Shown here: in pieces, positions 12,421 to 25,730 of the stretch
Layout: each line of letters opens with the position of its first letter
Position numbering within the stretch: the first letter of the stretch is position 1
From: Eledone cirrhosa
Lineage: Eukaryota
Assembly: GCA_964016885.1 (NCBI GenBank)
Contig: OZ024741.1
Span: forward strand, 204,538,001 to 204,602,000
Length of the DNA: 64,000 nucleotides
Direction: 5' to 3'
Made by a program: the position numbers and the translations under genes
The notes under the pieces: generated by a model
What the model was told of the DNA's origin: nothing
Database searches by the model: none
What the model saw: only the letters and a program-made list of their open reading frames with translations

Positions 12421-12844
12421 ATAAATATCCCATAGGTAAGTTTTGTTTTTATTTTAAAATTCAATTTTCTCTGATTTTCATCTGGGTTTCAACTGTTTAA
12501 TATGTTCTGTGTACCACTATTTTCAAAAATAGTGATGCAAACGAAGATCAAGCATAATAATGTTTTTGAATTTCATTTAAGTTAAGTGTGGTGCAGTGAG
12601 ACTGATGTGAAGAAAAAGGGGAATAAGTAATGAAGGAGTGTGTGGAAAGGTACTGTGAGTGATGATGAGAATAATTCTAAAGAGTGGTTGCAGCACAAAG
12701 GATGCAATTGATAGGTGAATGGGGAATAGAGGGATATAAGGGCATAGCAGCTAGTACATTAGAAATGGAGGATGGTTGGAGTTTATAGGGGCATATAGGG
12801 CATCTTGCTTTTATACTATTGGTCAGGTAATTTCTAGTATCACA

Positions 12845-13740
12845 TGTTGTCAATCATCGAGGTCCTTTGTCATCTCTGTCATGAGATTCTACTTCTATAG
12901 TCAGTTTTCATCATTTCACCCCATGTCTTCTTGGTTCTACTTCTGCCATGAGACCCATCCACTGTGATTGACCTGCTTTTCTTTATACAGCTGTTATCTT
13001 CATACACATCGCATGTCCATACCAGATCAGTCTGTTCTCTTGCATCATATTTCTCTTATACTAAATCTTTCTCTCAGTTCACATAGGCTGCCATGTTCAT
13101 GCACACTGACATTATACATCCATTGGAGCATCCTAGATTCATTGCTTTCTAGCCTTCATTACAATGTAGCATGACAGTTTGCATGCTGGTATCATAGTCT
13201 ACCCTTCAATCTGAAAGAAAAGCCCTTTGTTGCCTGCAGAAGTATTAGCTCCCTAAACTTCTTCCAGTGTGTTCTTACTTTAATTAGTATGCTTTCGGCA
13301 CACCCTCCTCCACTGCAGATTAAGTTTATTTTCAGGCATTTCAGTTCTAGGTTTTGTTTCCATGTCTGGAATTTTGCCTTTAACTGTTATTTAACTAGGT
13401 TATTAGCATACTGGAGTTCCCACAGACAGTCAGTCTGAAACTCCTCTGTTATGGCCCGGAGAACAATGATAAACAGGAGGTTGAAGACTGAATCATGGTG
13501 GAACCTCATTTGCATGTAAAGTTCATTACTGTACACATTGCCAACTCTCACCTTACTGCTTGCACTTCTATACATGGTTTGCATGACCCTCACATGTCAT
13601 ATTTCCCATCTGTTTACAGATTGAGGAACACTGTCAAAGTCTACCACTAGATCAACAAATGCTAAGTACAGAGGGTTACTCTTAGCTAAGTACTTCTGCA
13701 GTTATTTTATGGCAAAGAGGGCATCAGTGGAACCTCTTCC
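12845..13740 (-). mobile_element. RTE LINE, decayed RT/3' fragments
   Basis: LLFIIVLRAITEEFQTDCLWELQYANNL with many stops and deletions. Confidence 0.8.
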
Positions 13741-14077
13741 TGACTGTATGGATTCATATTTTCTGATGATGGCTACCTTTTTTTTTTTTTTTTTTTTTTC
13801 CATATCATATAGATATGCCTACATGCTTTGGAGAATAGTTAATTACATAAATATTCACATACATACATGTATTCATACAAGTGTGCATACACATACATAC
13901 ATACATACATATACATGTTCATACATTATCACATTTGCATAAGCTTGTTCATGCACACATGTGTTCACTCACATTCATTCATGTGTGTGATTTTAAAAAA
14001 TAAAACTGTTATTGGAAATTTTGTAGTCTTCTGTAAGCTACATCATTTCTTCCAAACAAAATAAAATGAAATGTGTA

Positions 14078-14122
<45 letters not shown>

Positions 14123-14861
14123 ATCAACAGTAATAAGGGTATATAAACAATGAAATACTAGAAGTTGTGAAATTGTTAATCTGTGATCATGTATGGGGTG
14201 GGGGGGGGGGTCCAAGAGTTGAAATAAAATACTTATACAAGTGAAGCTAACTATTTGAAAACTATTGACATGAAGAAAATCATGCAGTAAATCTCTAATC
14301 AGCCAAAACAGAAAATACCTTTACTTGTTAACAAAAACTTTAAAATATTTTGAATGCCATTGTTTTAACCTACATCATCTAAGAAATTATTTTCTTTAAC
14401 TTATCAGATTATTTTGTTTTCACTTCACTTGTTTTTCTTTCTTTTTTTTTTTCATACAAAATAACATTTTGTTGTCTTGGTGTTTTAAAATGTTTAATTC
14501 TTTTTTAAAAATGAGAAAAAATGATTATAAATTAGTAACTTCTATTTTATCAAACCCATTAATTAATTTTTACATACTGACAGGAATGTTTTGTTTTTTT
14601 TTTTAAATTTTAAGTATTTTCTTTTTTTTTTAGCTGGATACTCTTCCTGCTGATAACTGTAAAGTAAGAGTGGAACCTGCTTTCAATAAAGCAGACCAAG
14701 ATAATCAGGGCTATATAGGTGGTTCAGAGACATCTAGTCATACTAAGATTAGACTTCATAACTTCATAGCCATTATCAATGGTGATAATTAGGTTTTATC
14801 TTCTCACTTGATAATTTCTAGATAATTGTTCTTGACAGTTTAAAATTCTATACATAAGTGT

Positions 14862-14980
14862 GAAGGTGCATGACCTAATGGTTATGGTGTTGAACTCATG
14901 ATCATAAAGTCATGGGTTCGATCCCTGAAACAGGTGGTGCATTGTGTTCTGGAGCAAGCAAGACGCTTAATTTCATATCG
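14862..14980 (+). mobile_element. tRNA-derived SINE head (CORE/Meta-like family)
   Basis: gaaggtgcatgacctaatggtta...ggttcgatccc (A/B-box-like), then tgtgttctggagcaag. Confidence 0.65.
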
Positions 14981-15517
14981 CTTTTCCTATGACTAGGAAC
15001 CCTATCGTGAAAATAACTGAGAAACCTCCAAAGTGATGCAACCATGTAGGAAGCCAGCTAAGCCTACATAGGTGTGAGCTGTAAATTTCCTTTTTTTATA
15101 CACATTTTCTGCTAAATCATTACAGTATGTTAAGAGTTCACATATGGAGCAAATTTGCTTAACTGTTCTAAATTAAAAACCAAAATTATTCATGCCCTAT
15201 TTATAAAATGTACATGTCACTGTTAAATCAACTTAAATAGATCATTCAGCTGTTGAAGGTAAATAAGTAACATTTATTTATATAGATTCCAACATCTTGC
15301 AAAATGTTACCCTGCTCGATTTAAATTACTATAAAAATAGATGGCAAGATTAACCATCCATAATTTCATCTCTCATACAATTTTTATTGACTTTCTTAGA
15401 ATGTCAGACTTCCTCAGTTTATTTCTATCTAATGTCAAAATGTATAAAGTTTTATACTTGAATAATTTTCATTTCCTTCTCTTTTTTTCTTTTTCTATTA
15501 TTGGTTTAAGGTTAGCA

Positions 15518-15800
15518 TGATGGATTGTAGAATCCTTTGAATGCTGGACAAAATGCTTTGCAGTATTTACATTCTGTTAAAATACTGCTTTGGTCAATTT
15601 TGCATTTCATCCTTCTGGGGTCCATAAAATAAAGTACCAGTTAAGTACTGGAGTTAAGTTAATCAACTTTCCCTTCTCCCCAAATTGCTAGCCTTGTATT
15701 TAAACAAGAAAGTACCAGTTAAGTACTGGAGTTGAGTTAATCAACTTTACCCCCTCCCCAAATTGCTAGCCTTGTATTTAAATTAGAAACCATTATTAAT
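15518..15800 (+). mobile_element. Nin-domain-like SINE with duplicated 3' tail
   Basis: tttgcatttcatccttctggggtccataaaataaagtaccag; tail of about 78 bp repeated at 15631 and 15709. Confidence 0.75.
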
Positions 15801-16698
15801 TTAAGGTCAAATGTATATGTTGAAAACCTGTTGGGGTTTTTTTTTATGTAATAAAATGAGCTGTGATTTTATTTCTTGTGGTCATTTGCCATTACTATAC
15901 ATGCTGTGTTGTTTTGTTTTTAGACATGGCTGTGATGTTAATAGATTCAAGTTGATGTTCTTATAGATAGTTGGGTGTATTTTATTTCATTAACTATTTT
16001 CATATTTTCAGTTCAGTGATTTTCCTTAGGGCGGTTTTTCTAATCTCTGTTTTATTCTTATTATGTGGATGTTAGGTATATATTTAAAATTTTAGAGAAA
16101 ATCTCCAACATATGTATTACTTTATTATTTTACTATTTTTAGTCATTGAACTGCAGTGATGCTGGGGCATCACTTTCAAGGATAGTGACCCTAGTACATA
16201 TTTTAGTCTAGTGTCTATTTTATTGATCTCTATTTGTGAAACTGCTAAGTTACAGGACATAAAGGAACAAACAGAAAAAAACGGTTTTTACACCATGAAC
16301 ATAAGCAAAAACACATACATACAAACATGAATAGCATCTGCACAATTTCTATACACCAAATTCCACTCAAAAATTATTAGACAACCCAGGGCTATAGTGT
16401 GATGAAACCCAGAACAACATAGTTGTGCCATGAATTACTTAAATGCATAGTTCTCAATAGATTATTAGCTCATCACTGAACACCTCATATTCATATTGAG
16501 TCTGCTCGAGCAGAGCTGACTTTAGGTTTCAAATCATCTTCGTCATCGGTGAATCAGCTAGACTACAACATCACTCTTCGGGTTATATGACTGGAAATAT
16601 CATTTACAAGAAGCTGAGTGAAATAGATCAACCAGAAATCCAACCTACAAGGCAGACTCAGTTTACCAGGAGTTGAGCACCACGCTACAAGACTCACA

Positions 16699-16916
16699 CA
16701 TTTAAACCAGCCATATCCGGCCAGAATTCTCTCACCTCTTTCTGTTCAAACTGGCCATAACTAGTTGCTCATACTTATATTAAGGTATTGTTCTCAAAAT
16801 AAATAATATCAAAATCTCATAAATTCAATATTATATGAGATAGTTATAGTGAGATAAAGATTTTACTGTGAAAATACAATAGTAAATATAAAATAATGTA
16901 AATGCTAAAGGGTTAA
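16699..16916 (-). mobile_element. TTAA-MITE family 1
   Basis: catttaaaccagccatatccggccagaattctctcacc...aatgctaaagggttaa. Confidence 0.85.
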
Positions 16917-18220
16917 ACCTAGCAAGTAGTTGCTTGACATATGAGAACAATGTTTTTCATAGATGAAAGGATGCAAGATCAAGATATATGGAGTGTTTGC
17001 GTATTGCAGACCTGTTCAGCCCATGCCATCATAGAAAAACAAACAAGGAAACTGTAATAAAGCATTGTTATTTCTATACTATATTATTACAGCTTAAAAG
17101 GCATATCCAGATAGTATATTCATTTTATTAAAAACAAAACTCAATATAAGGAATATAATTTACAATAGATATAAATTTTTAAAAAATTAATCAGAAAACA
17201 AGAAAAAACTGAAAATATCCACACTCAATTACACCCTAAAACAGGGCTACTGAAATTTTTGTCTAATAGCTTTTGAGGTAAGCCAAGACACTTGCGGTAT
17301 TGCTGCAGATGATAGCAAGGCTTAGGTGTTGGAAAAGTCAAGAACCCTCACAAGCATCACCTCATATGTCAGTAAGACGAATTGGCAACAATAACAAAAA
17401 CTTAGTTGTCAGTGGCCCAACTCCTCAATCTTCTTAAGTGCCACTGGCTGAAAAAAGTTTGCCAATAATTCATGGTATTTCAGAATTTTATTTTATTATA
17501 ATCTAAAAAAAAATTATTATTATTAGGTACCTTTATTTGATGAAATGTTTGGTTAACAATTATGTAACCCTTTTCACATATATTACATATATTTCTTAGT
17601 GTCAATTTAGTCAAGTGAATATTATTTTTCCTTTTTAATTCATTCTGTGAATCCTATTAGAAAGAAGGTCATCTTGATTATTAGACTCTTCAAAATTTCC
17701 TGTTTTCTTTTTTCTACACCTTTTAAGATTTACTCTGTCATGTTTGAATTACTTTTCTTTGTAAAGGCTCATACTCTCTCAAGCTGCCCATCTATCAATT
17801 TAATCTTAGTGTTTTATGAGGCTCTGGATATTTTGTTAAATTCTGGATTGAGTTCATATCTGTCAAAATTGCTTTCCTTTGGATACATTTCTGAATTGTT
17901 TGCGTAAATATTTATCTTTTCCTGTTTTCCATGTTTTACAGTATGCATAGAATCTAGTTCTTAATTTGGATTTTCATTTTATTATTCATGCTAAAATCTT
18001 GTTGAAAATCACTTGTCTGCATGTTCACTTTTGTGATCTATGTATCATCTATGCACAATGTTCTTTTTTATTCCTCCCATGGCATAGATATCTTTACCAT
18101 ATCACCATACCTTTTTTATCATTCATCTTATATTTCCTACTTACAAATTATTCATTGTAAATCTAATATTTCTATTTAAGCAAAGGAAAACAAACCTAGT
18201 AAATTTTTGCCAATTGTTTA

Positions 18221-19085
18221 CAGTAGCTAGAGTCAGAACTGGATGGAAAAAGTTCAGAGAGTTTATACCACTATTGGCCGCTAAAGGTTTCTCTCTAAAA
18301 ATGAAAGGCAGGCTGTATGATGCCTGCATACGAACAGCAATGTTGCATGGCAGTGAGATTTGGGCATTGTGTGCAGAGGATATACGCAGACTGGAGAGGA
18401 ATGAAGCTTGCATGCTCCGTTGGATGTATAATAGTAATATACGTGAACGGCAAAGCATAAATGAACTAAGGGAGAAATTAGGAATAAGAGGGATCAGATG
18501 TTGTTTACTCGAGAGAAGACTACGTTGGTATGGTCACGTGATGCGCATGAAAGACGACAGCTGTATAGAAAAGTGCAGGGCGATAAAAATAGACAGTAGC
18601 CACAGAGTAGGCAGACCCAGAAAAACGTGGGACGACTTGATAAATTCCGACCTCACACACTTACACCTCACCTCTCCAAGACAATGTCACTGGACCGAGA
18701 TCTTTTGCGCTACACAGTAATACAGAAGACCCGCCTTGCCTAAGTACAAAGCGAAACCTACAGTCAGTAGGCACCTCTTAACAAAAATACACCCCCACCC
18801 CATCCACACCACCTCTTTCGATGTAAAGTTATGTTGGTACCACAACATCCAGTCCAAAATAAATGAGGTCGTGTAGGTGTCACGACAAAAAAACACACAG
18901 TCCACGCTGTAATGTGGCCGTGTAGGTAACACGGTAAACGTGGTTGGTGTTAGGAAGGGCATCCAGCCGTAGAAAACCCGCCAGACAGTCCTATACGAGC
19001 AAGATGACCAATCTTGCCTCAAGTGGGAAAATTCCCGTCCAAACCCATGCAAGCGTGGAAGATGGACGTTAAACGATGATGATGA
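18221..19085 (+). mobile_element. RTE LINE 3' fragment, same subfamily as 9332-11586
   Basis: VARVRTGWKKFREFIPLL...RRLRWYGHVMRM; (GAT)n tail; TGTTTA on both flanks (18215-18220, 19086-19091). Confidence 0.93.
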
Positions 19086-19088
19086 TGT

Positions 19089-19304
19089 TTAACCCTTTAG
19101 CATTTAAACTGGCTGTATCCGGCCAGAATTCTCTCACCTCCTCCTATTCAAACCGGCCATAACTGGCTGCTCATACCAACATTAAGGTATTGTTCTCAAA
19201 ATAAATAATATCAAAATCTCGTAGATGCGATATTATGTGAGGTAAAGCCTTTACCACAACATTACTACAGTAAATATAGAGTAATACAAATGCTAAAGGG
19301 TTAA
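19089..19304 (-). mobile_element. TTAA-MITE family 1, complete
   Basis: TTAACCCTTTAGCATTT...AAATGCTAAAGGGTTAA terminal inverted repeats. Confidence 0.92.
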
Positions 19305-20495
19305 AGAATAAATCTTTTATGCATGAACATACTGCCATAAAAGGATTAATTCAAGTCTTCTACATATTTGTCTGCTTTCATAAGAGTTAAACCACAAACA
19401 TTTGTTTTAACTGTATGTTAGCAGTTGACTCTAATTACTAATATATTAAACCTACGTAACTCTGTCCTATCATTTTCCACAATACAAGGCATGTAATATA
19501 CATCATATCCAACATATTTTTCAAAGTGATTTTCAAAATGTCATCCACCCCATTTTGTGTGTGTATGAGATGAGAGAGAGAGTTGAATTTCTTTTTTTAC
19601 TTGTTCTTTTTTTACTTGTCCTTTTTTTACTTGTCCTTATAAATTAAAATATACTGAATTTTTCCAAGGTAGCAATTCATTTTTTGTTGCATCTGCTATC
19701 CAAATTTCTTTAACTGCTAATATTTGATTATCTTTCCTTACAACCCTTCATTCCTAACCCAGCAAAGCATGCTTCCCAAAACTAGTCTTCCTCCTCAGTG
19801 CCAGAAAATACTTCAGTTATCTATAAATTTCAATTAACACGCACAATGAAGTACTGCTGTCACATTTGGTATGGTATGGTATGGTATAGTGCTGCTGCTA
19901 CATACACACAAACCTCCAAACCATGATGATCTGACCAAATGGTAAAAACTCACTCACCAAACACACTACAATACCTAACCAACAAACAAGCAGGTCTAAA
20001 AAATAAAATGTTTCCTAAATTTCGTAGCACTATATTGTATGTTCATTCAGTTATTGTAATATATGCTAATATTTTAAAATTTGAAGTGGACTTATATAAA
20101 TATTTTAAAATTGATGTTTAATTTCAGAAAACTTTTTGTGTAATGAAGATTCTGGGTTCACAATTACAGATTCTTCATTGTACATACTGTGTGGAACTTC
20201 AAATAACAGATTCATCACATAATTACTAAGAGACAGTCATAAGCTGATTTGCAATGCGTGGCATACAAGCTTATCTTGTTTTTTGTTGTTTTTCTAAATC
20301 TACTTCTTCATATCATTGAAATGATGAAATTAACATTCATTGTCAGCAGCCAATATTTCATTGATACTTTCCTACACAGAATATTTCCAGCTATTTTTCT
20401 TGTAGTTTTAACATATTTATTTTGTTTTTTTCTTATTCAATTGTTTCTTATCAATTTTTCCTTTCTGTTTTCTTTTTTATTTTATATATATATAG

Positions 20496-20576
20496 CTTAT
20501 ACGGCTTGATTCTCTCTCTTTATACTGGAATAGCAGGACTGAGTTATATGAACATTTTGTAAGGGAAAAGGCTTTA
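20496..20576 (+). CDS. VPS13: VPS13 exon w3
   Basis: tatag|CTT...TTA|gtaagt; LIRLDSLSLYWNSRTELYEHFVREKAL, continues the conserved YK-LIRLDSLSxYWN. Confidence 0.95.
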
Positions 20577-20971
20577 GTAAGTGCATCTACTTTTAATTTT
20601 CTTAATTTCATAACCTATTAAAGAATATATTTAACTATTGTGTGTTTTTTTTTTCTTTCTTTCTTTTTGTATATTAGAAACATAGTACATATTACCAGTG
20701 CTTGCAGAATTTCCAGTTATTTTGATAACTAAGTTTGCTGGAAGTTTATAGAGAACTGCAAAATACTAGTGTCTTTTTGAAATTGTATTTTCTGAAGTAT
20801 TTGGGACTTAATTAATGTGATATAAAGTCGATATAGGTAGCACTCAAGGTGCAGTCCTAAGAGAAAACATCTTTGAAAACTATATTATTTGTTATACACT
20901 TGTCACTCCTGGAGTTCAGCTCCCCTGCGTTCAGATCTGGTGTACATGTGTGCGCATGTTTACTTCTATTC

Positions 20972-21143
20972 ATTGGCAGTATCGGTAGAGAGTCGGACAC
21001 CATGAGTTACGGCCCTTTATGGTCTGAGTTCAAATCTCGCCGAGGTTGACTTTGCCTTTCATCATTACGGGGTCGATAAAATAAAGTACCAGTAATGTAC
21101 TGGGTAATTGCTGGCCTTGTGCCAAAAAGTAGAAACAATTATT
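20972..21143 (+). mobile_element. Nin-domain-like tRNA SINE
   Basis: attggcagtatcggtaga...gagttcaaatc...gttgactttgcctttcatc...gtcgataaaataaagtaccag...agaaacaattatt. Confidence 0.85.
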
Positions 21144-21619
21144 GTTATCTTTACATCAAGAGATAAACATACTCTAGAAAGAAAATTTTGGTTCACTTTA
21201 CTTCAATTTTTCAGTGTTATTATGGTACTAAAATTATTGAAAATGTTGAAAAAATAATGAATGAAGCAAACACTTTAAATAATCTTAACTATGGAGTGTA
21301 ATTAAAGACATAGTCTATCTATATTGTTATGTTACATATACAACTATATTGGTAATGTTTTAATAAATCTTAATATGCTGTGCTACATTATTCTTTTACT
21401 ATCACTTGATCCCCTAGTCCAAGTTAGTGAAATTCAGTAGTTGCCCCACAGAGTTGTGCATTCTAAAAAGTATATATTAGTAATATGTATATCACATTTA
21501 ATTTAACCCTTTCAATACCAACCTGCCTAAAATCACCCCTGTCCATTTTAAAGTGTTAGATTAAAACTTTCCATTGTAATTTTGTGTAAGAACTTTGTTG
21601 TCGGGTTCTTAACACAAAG

Positions 21620-22685
21620 AGCCAGTAACAAATTTAGAGGTATGTTGCTCGATGCTTTTGACAGTAAGGAAGAGCAAATAGAGGCATACAATATAGAGGA
21701 GTAGTGGGATTTCCTGAAAGATAACTTACTGAAGGCGATACTGAAGGCAACAAATGAAATCTGTGGTTGGAACAGGTCTCTAGGGAGAAGGAGAGTGACT
21801 TGGTGGTGGAACAGTAGGGTGAAGAAGACAATTAAGACCAAAAGACAGGCATGGAAAGAATGGCAGGATGGGGGAAGTAGAGAACACTACCACGAGGCTA
21901 GGAGCAAAGCTAGGCAACAAGTATACCTTGCAAGAAGGAAAGCAGAAAATGAAAAATGTAAGCATGTTTTGCAACACAAGAATCAAAGATGGGAAGTGTT
22001 CAGGATTATGAGACAATGTGTCAGGGAAAATTGTGATGTTGTTGGGGAGAAGTGTGTCCGTGATGATAATGGAGTACTTGCCCTCACTGATGCTGAAAAG
22101 AAGGTAGCATGGAAGTGCCACAATGAAAGACTACTAAATGAAGAGAATGAATAGGATGAAGATAGTTTTCTCCAAGCTGACCCAACAGAAGGACTGGCTG
22201 TACAAGTTAGTTGTATAGTAAGCAAGACAATCAAGGATATGAAGACAGCAAAAGCAGCTGGACCTTCGGGAATAGTTACCGAGATGCTGAAAGTATCTGG
22301 GATGGTGGGTCACACCATGGCCACCTGTATTGTAAACAAATTAATACAAAACGGTGTCATACCCAATGGCTGGCTGAGCAGCATCATTGTCAATTGATAC
22401 AAGGGCAAAGGAGTTCTTCTAGACTGAGAAAACTGTAGAGGCATTAAGTTAGTTGACCAGGTCATAAGGAACCGAGTTAACCTAGATGAAATGCAGTTTG
22501 GACTTGTGCCAGATAAAAGTACCATGGATGCTCTCTTCCTTTGGAGGCAACTGCAGGAGAAGTACCTAGCTAAAAGTAAATCCCTCTACTTAGCTTTTGT
22601 TGACCCAGAGAAAGTCTTTGACAGAGTCTCCTGTTCCATTATCTGGTGGGCTCTTAGAAAACTAGAAGTAGATGAGTGGTCAACC
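21620..22685 (+). mobile_element. RTE LINE internal fragment, decayed
   Basis: TWWWNSRVKK...AWKCHNERLLNEENE; RQLQEKYLAKSKSLYLAFVDPEKVFDRV. Confidence 0.88.
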
Positions 22686-22965
22686 AAGGGACCAACAATA
22701 GCTACTATATAGATTAGATGTTATGTGAAGTTTAGGACAGCTTTTGTTTTTTTAACGTTTACATTACATGTGACCATTTAATATTGGGAAATATATGAAT
22801 TTATCATAGATTGTGAATCACATGTTTTCCAACAACTACATTAACGTTAACTTCTAGAATAAGTAGCAGTTTGTTTCAATTCAAAATCATCATCATCATC
22901 ATCATCACCATTATAATAATCGCCATCATCAGCTTCACCATCATCATTATCATTACCATCATAGT

Positions 22966-23145
22966 GTGGTGGATTGGCAGTATCGGTAGAGTTTCAGACA
23001 CCATGCTTTGCATTATAGTTATGACCTTTATGGTCTGAATTCAAATATCCACTGAGGTTAACTTTGCCTTTCATCCTTACAGGGTCGATAAAATAAAGTA
23101 CCAGTAATACACTGGGATAATGTGTCAAAAGTAGAAACTATTATC
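22966..23145 (+). mobile_element. Nin-domain-like SINE inside an (ATC)n tract
   Basis: Same head and centre as 20972; (ATC)n on both sides. Confidence 0.8.
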
Positions 23146-23273
23146 ATTACCATCACCATCATCACTATCATTATCATCATTAAAATCATCTTAATCTTTT
23201 TCTCAGTTTTCCATGACATTCTTTTTATGTATTTTATTTATACATACATTGCTTGACTTTTTTTTTTTTTTAG

Positions 23274-23328
23274 AAATGTTTGAAAGAAAATATTGCTGGT
23301 TCAAAGAATACTACAAAATATACATACA
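23274..23328 (+). CDS. VPS13: VPS13 exon w4
   Basis: polyT-tag|AAA...TACA|gtgagt; KCLKENIAGSKNTTKYTY, phase 0-1 fits neighbours. Confidence 0.88.
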
Positions 23329-23754
23329 GTGAGTTTATGAAATATATATGTACTATCGTGAATCATTGATGCAATTACACAGCAAAGGCTATGTATTGTC
23401 ACAGTTATAATGAATTTTGAAACATATTATTTTCCTCAAGTCTACAAAAATAGAAATCTGCAATATTTCTACATTATTCTAATTATGTTAATGATGTTTA
23501 GCCATTAAAAATCTAAAAAGAAAACCCACAGATCTACAAATTTCTTGCTAATTAAATTAGGAGAGTAACTATGAAATAGATTAATTTCTTATAAAGTTTA
23601 GTTTTCTTCTATTTCATTGGCAGTTAAAATTTGTCTTATATAATATAGGCACAGGATGACTGTGGTTAAAGAGTTTGTTTCACAATCACATGGTTTCGGG
23701 GTTCACTTGCACTATATATATGTATGTGTGTATGCACTATATATATGTATGTAT

Positions 23755-24142
23755 GGAGGCACATGGCTTAGTGGTTAGAGCATTGGCCTTGCAATCGAAA
23801 GGTTGTGAGTTCAATTCTCAGACCGGGTGATGTGTTGTTTCCTTTAGCAAGACACGTTATTTCACATTGCTCCAGTTTACTCAGCTGTAGAAATGAGATG
23901 ATAGGACTGGGGGTCCCTATCATTCCACTGCAAAGTGGTTGTGGAGGTGCCACAGCAAAAAAGCACCCAGCCCATACTGTAAAGTGGACGTGTAGGCGGC
24001 ACGGAAAAAAAAGCACCCAGCACTCACTGTAAATGAGGTTGGTGTTAGGAAGGGCATCCAGCTGTAGAAATCAAGCCAGAATCAGTTCCCGTCCCACCCT
24101 TGAAAGCAGGGAAAAGCGGACGTAAAATGATGATGATGATGA
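23755..24142 (+). mobile_element. tRNA SINE head fused to an RTE-type 3' UTR and (GAT)n tail
   Basis: ggaggcacatggcttagtggttagagc...tgagttcaattc, then aaaaagcacccag modules, ttaggaagggcatccagc and gcggacgtaaaatgatgat. Confidence 0.8.
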
Positions 24143-24648
24143 TATGTGTATGTGTTTGTTTACTGTTTCTTTATGTTCCATAAGACAAAACGAGATTAAT
24201 AAAATAAGTGATGTAATGACTAGAACTAGTCCTTAGATTTGTATTTCAGTCCATAAACAAAACTCTAGGATAACCTTCTAGCAATGATTTCATTTTCATT
24301 CTTTATTGGTTGATAAATCAGTGTAGCTATGCTAAACCGTATCAACTACTATCAATAGTACATATGGTGTGAGGCATCAGTTTTGACATACAAGAAAATA
24401 CAGTTAAAAAATACAGAAATGATTAAACTACAAATAAACTCATAACTGAATATCACTAAGATATACAATACTCTGCAATTTGGAGAGATGAACATGTTGT
24501 TATGCCATAATATAGATAGTGCTACTGATGCTAATCCACCTGATATTAGACAGTTGTTGAACAAAATAAAATGCCAAATATGACATGAGGTATTTGCTAT
24601 GCATTTTTCTTTTCCTCAAATAATTATCTTCTGTTTTCTTTCATCTAG

Positions 24649-24779
24649 TGATCAAACCTATATGCTCTGTAGCACACCTGCGACTACATACAAAACCAGA
24701 AGAAGACAACTTCTCGATTCCTAAAATCTTTCTTACTGTAATATTTGATAACATTGTACTTTCTTTGTCTAAACACCAG
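24649..24779 (+). CDS. VPS13: VPS13 exon w5
   Basis: tctag|TG...CAG|gtaagg; (M)IKPICSVAHLRLHTKPEEDNFSIPKIFLTVIFDNIVLSLSKHQ. Confidence 0.93.
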
Positions 24780-25151
24780 GTAAGGTGAAATTTAATTGAA
24801 ACTTCTTATTGGTGCTACCAAAATCTTTTAAATGATTTCAAAATGTTGTTTAGGTCTTTATTGATCAGACCTATGGTCAAAGATATTTCAACCATATACA
24901 TCCTGTCTATATTTCATGTATAATGCATTTAGAACCACTTTATCAAAATGTTTTTCCTTTGCTATCTCTTGCAAGTTAAGCAACCATGTATGAGCACTTT
25001 TGCTGCTTTACAACATGCTTAAATATTTTGTAGCTCTGCTTTTGTCAAACATTATGAAAGTTTTTGTTTGATTGACTTTAAATTGAATTCCACTAGAGTG
25101 AAGAACTGGGTTTTGATGTATATAAAATGTCATTTATTTACTTATCTATAC

Positions 25152-25410
25152 AGTGGTTAGGGTGTTGGACTTTTATCATAATATTGTGAGTTCAATTCCT
25201 TGACCAGGTTGTGGGTTATGTTCTTGAACAAAACACTTCATTCCATGTTGTTCCAGTATACTCAGCTGAAAATGAGTATCAACAGTAGCTGGGGTTTAAC
25301 CTTGTGATGGACTGACATCCTGTCCAATGGAAGTCCTTGTATCTTCAGTCACCAAGGTAACCAGGTTAAGCACTGACCTTATTAGCTTCCAGGCTTGAGA
25401 TTGACGTTAG
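25152..25410 (+). mobile_element. tRNA SINE (CORE/Meta-like family)
   Basis: gtggttagggtgttggac...ttcttgaacaaaacacttcattccatgttgttccagtatactcagctgaaaatgagt. Confidence 0.75.
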
Positions 25411-25529
25411 TAATAAGTAATAAAAACATGATAGCACTATATATTAGCATGTCATTGTTCAATAAATTGATTCAATAGAGACCAGTTATACAACTTTGTT
25501 CATGTTATGTATTTAAAAGGTGATAGATT

Positions 25530-25730
25530 GAAAGTATTGGTAGAACAGCAGACAAAATGATTTGCAGCACATTGTTATGGCACTGCACATTCTGAGTTAA
25601 AACCCTGCTGAGATCAACTTTGCCTTTCATCCTTCTGAGGCTGATAAAATAAAGTAACAGTGAATTACTGGGTTGATTTAATTGACTTTCTCCTTCCATT
25701 CAAATTTCTTGCTTTGTTTCTTAAGTAGAA
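25530..25730 (+). mobile_element. Nin-domain-like SINE, decayed
   Basis: tcaactttgcctttcatccttctgaggctgataaaataaagta. Confidence 0.7.

Noticed and set aside
17410-17450. Minus-strand PVALKKIEELGH resembling a kinase VAIK motif
   Set aside because: Stop after 12 codons and no other kinase motifs nearby.
23755-23830. tRNA gene
   Set aside because: A/B-box-like head runs into a SINE body and has several diverged copies; no clean cloverleaf or terminator.
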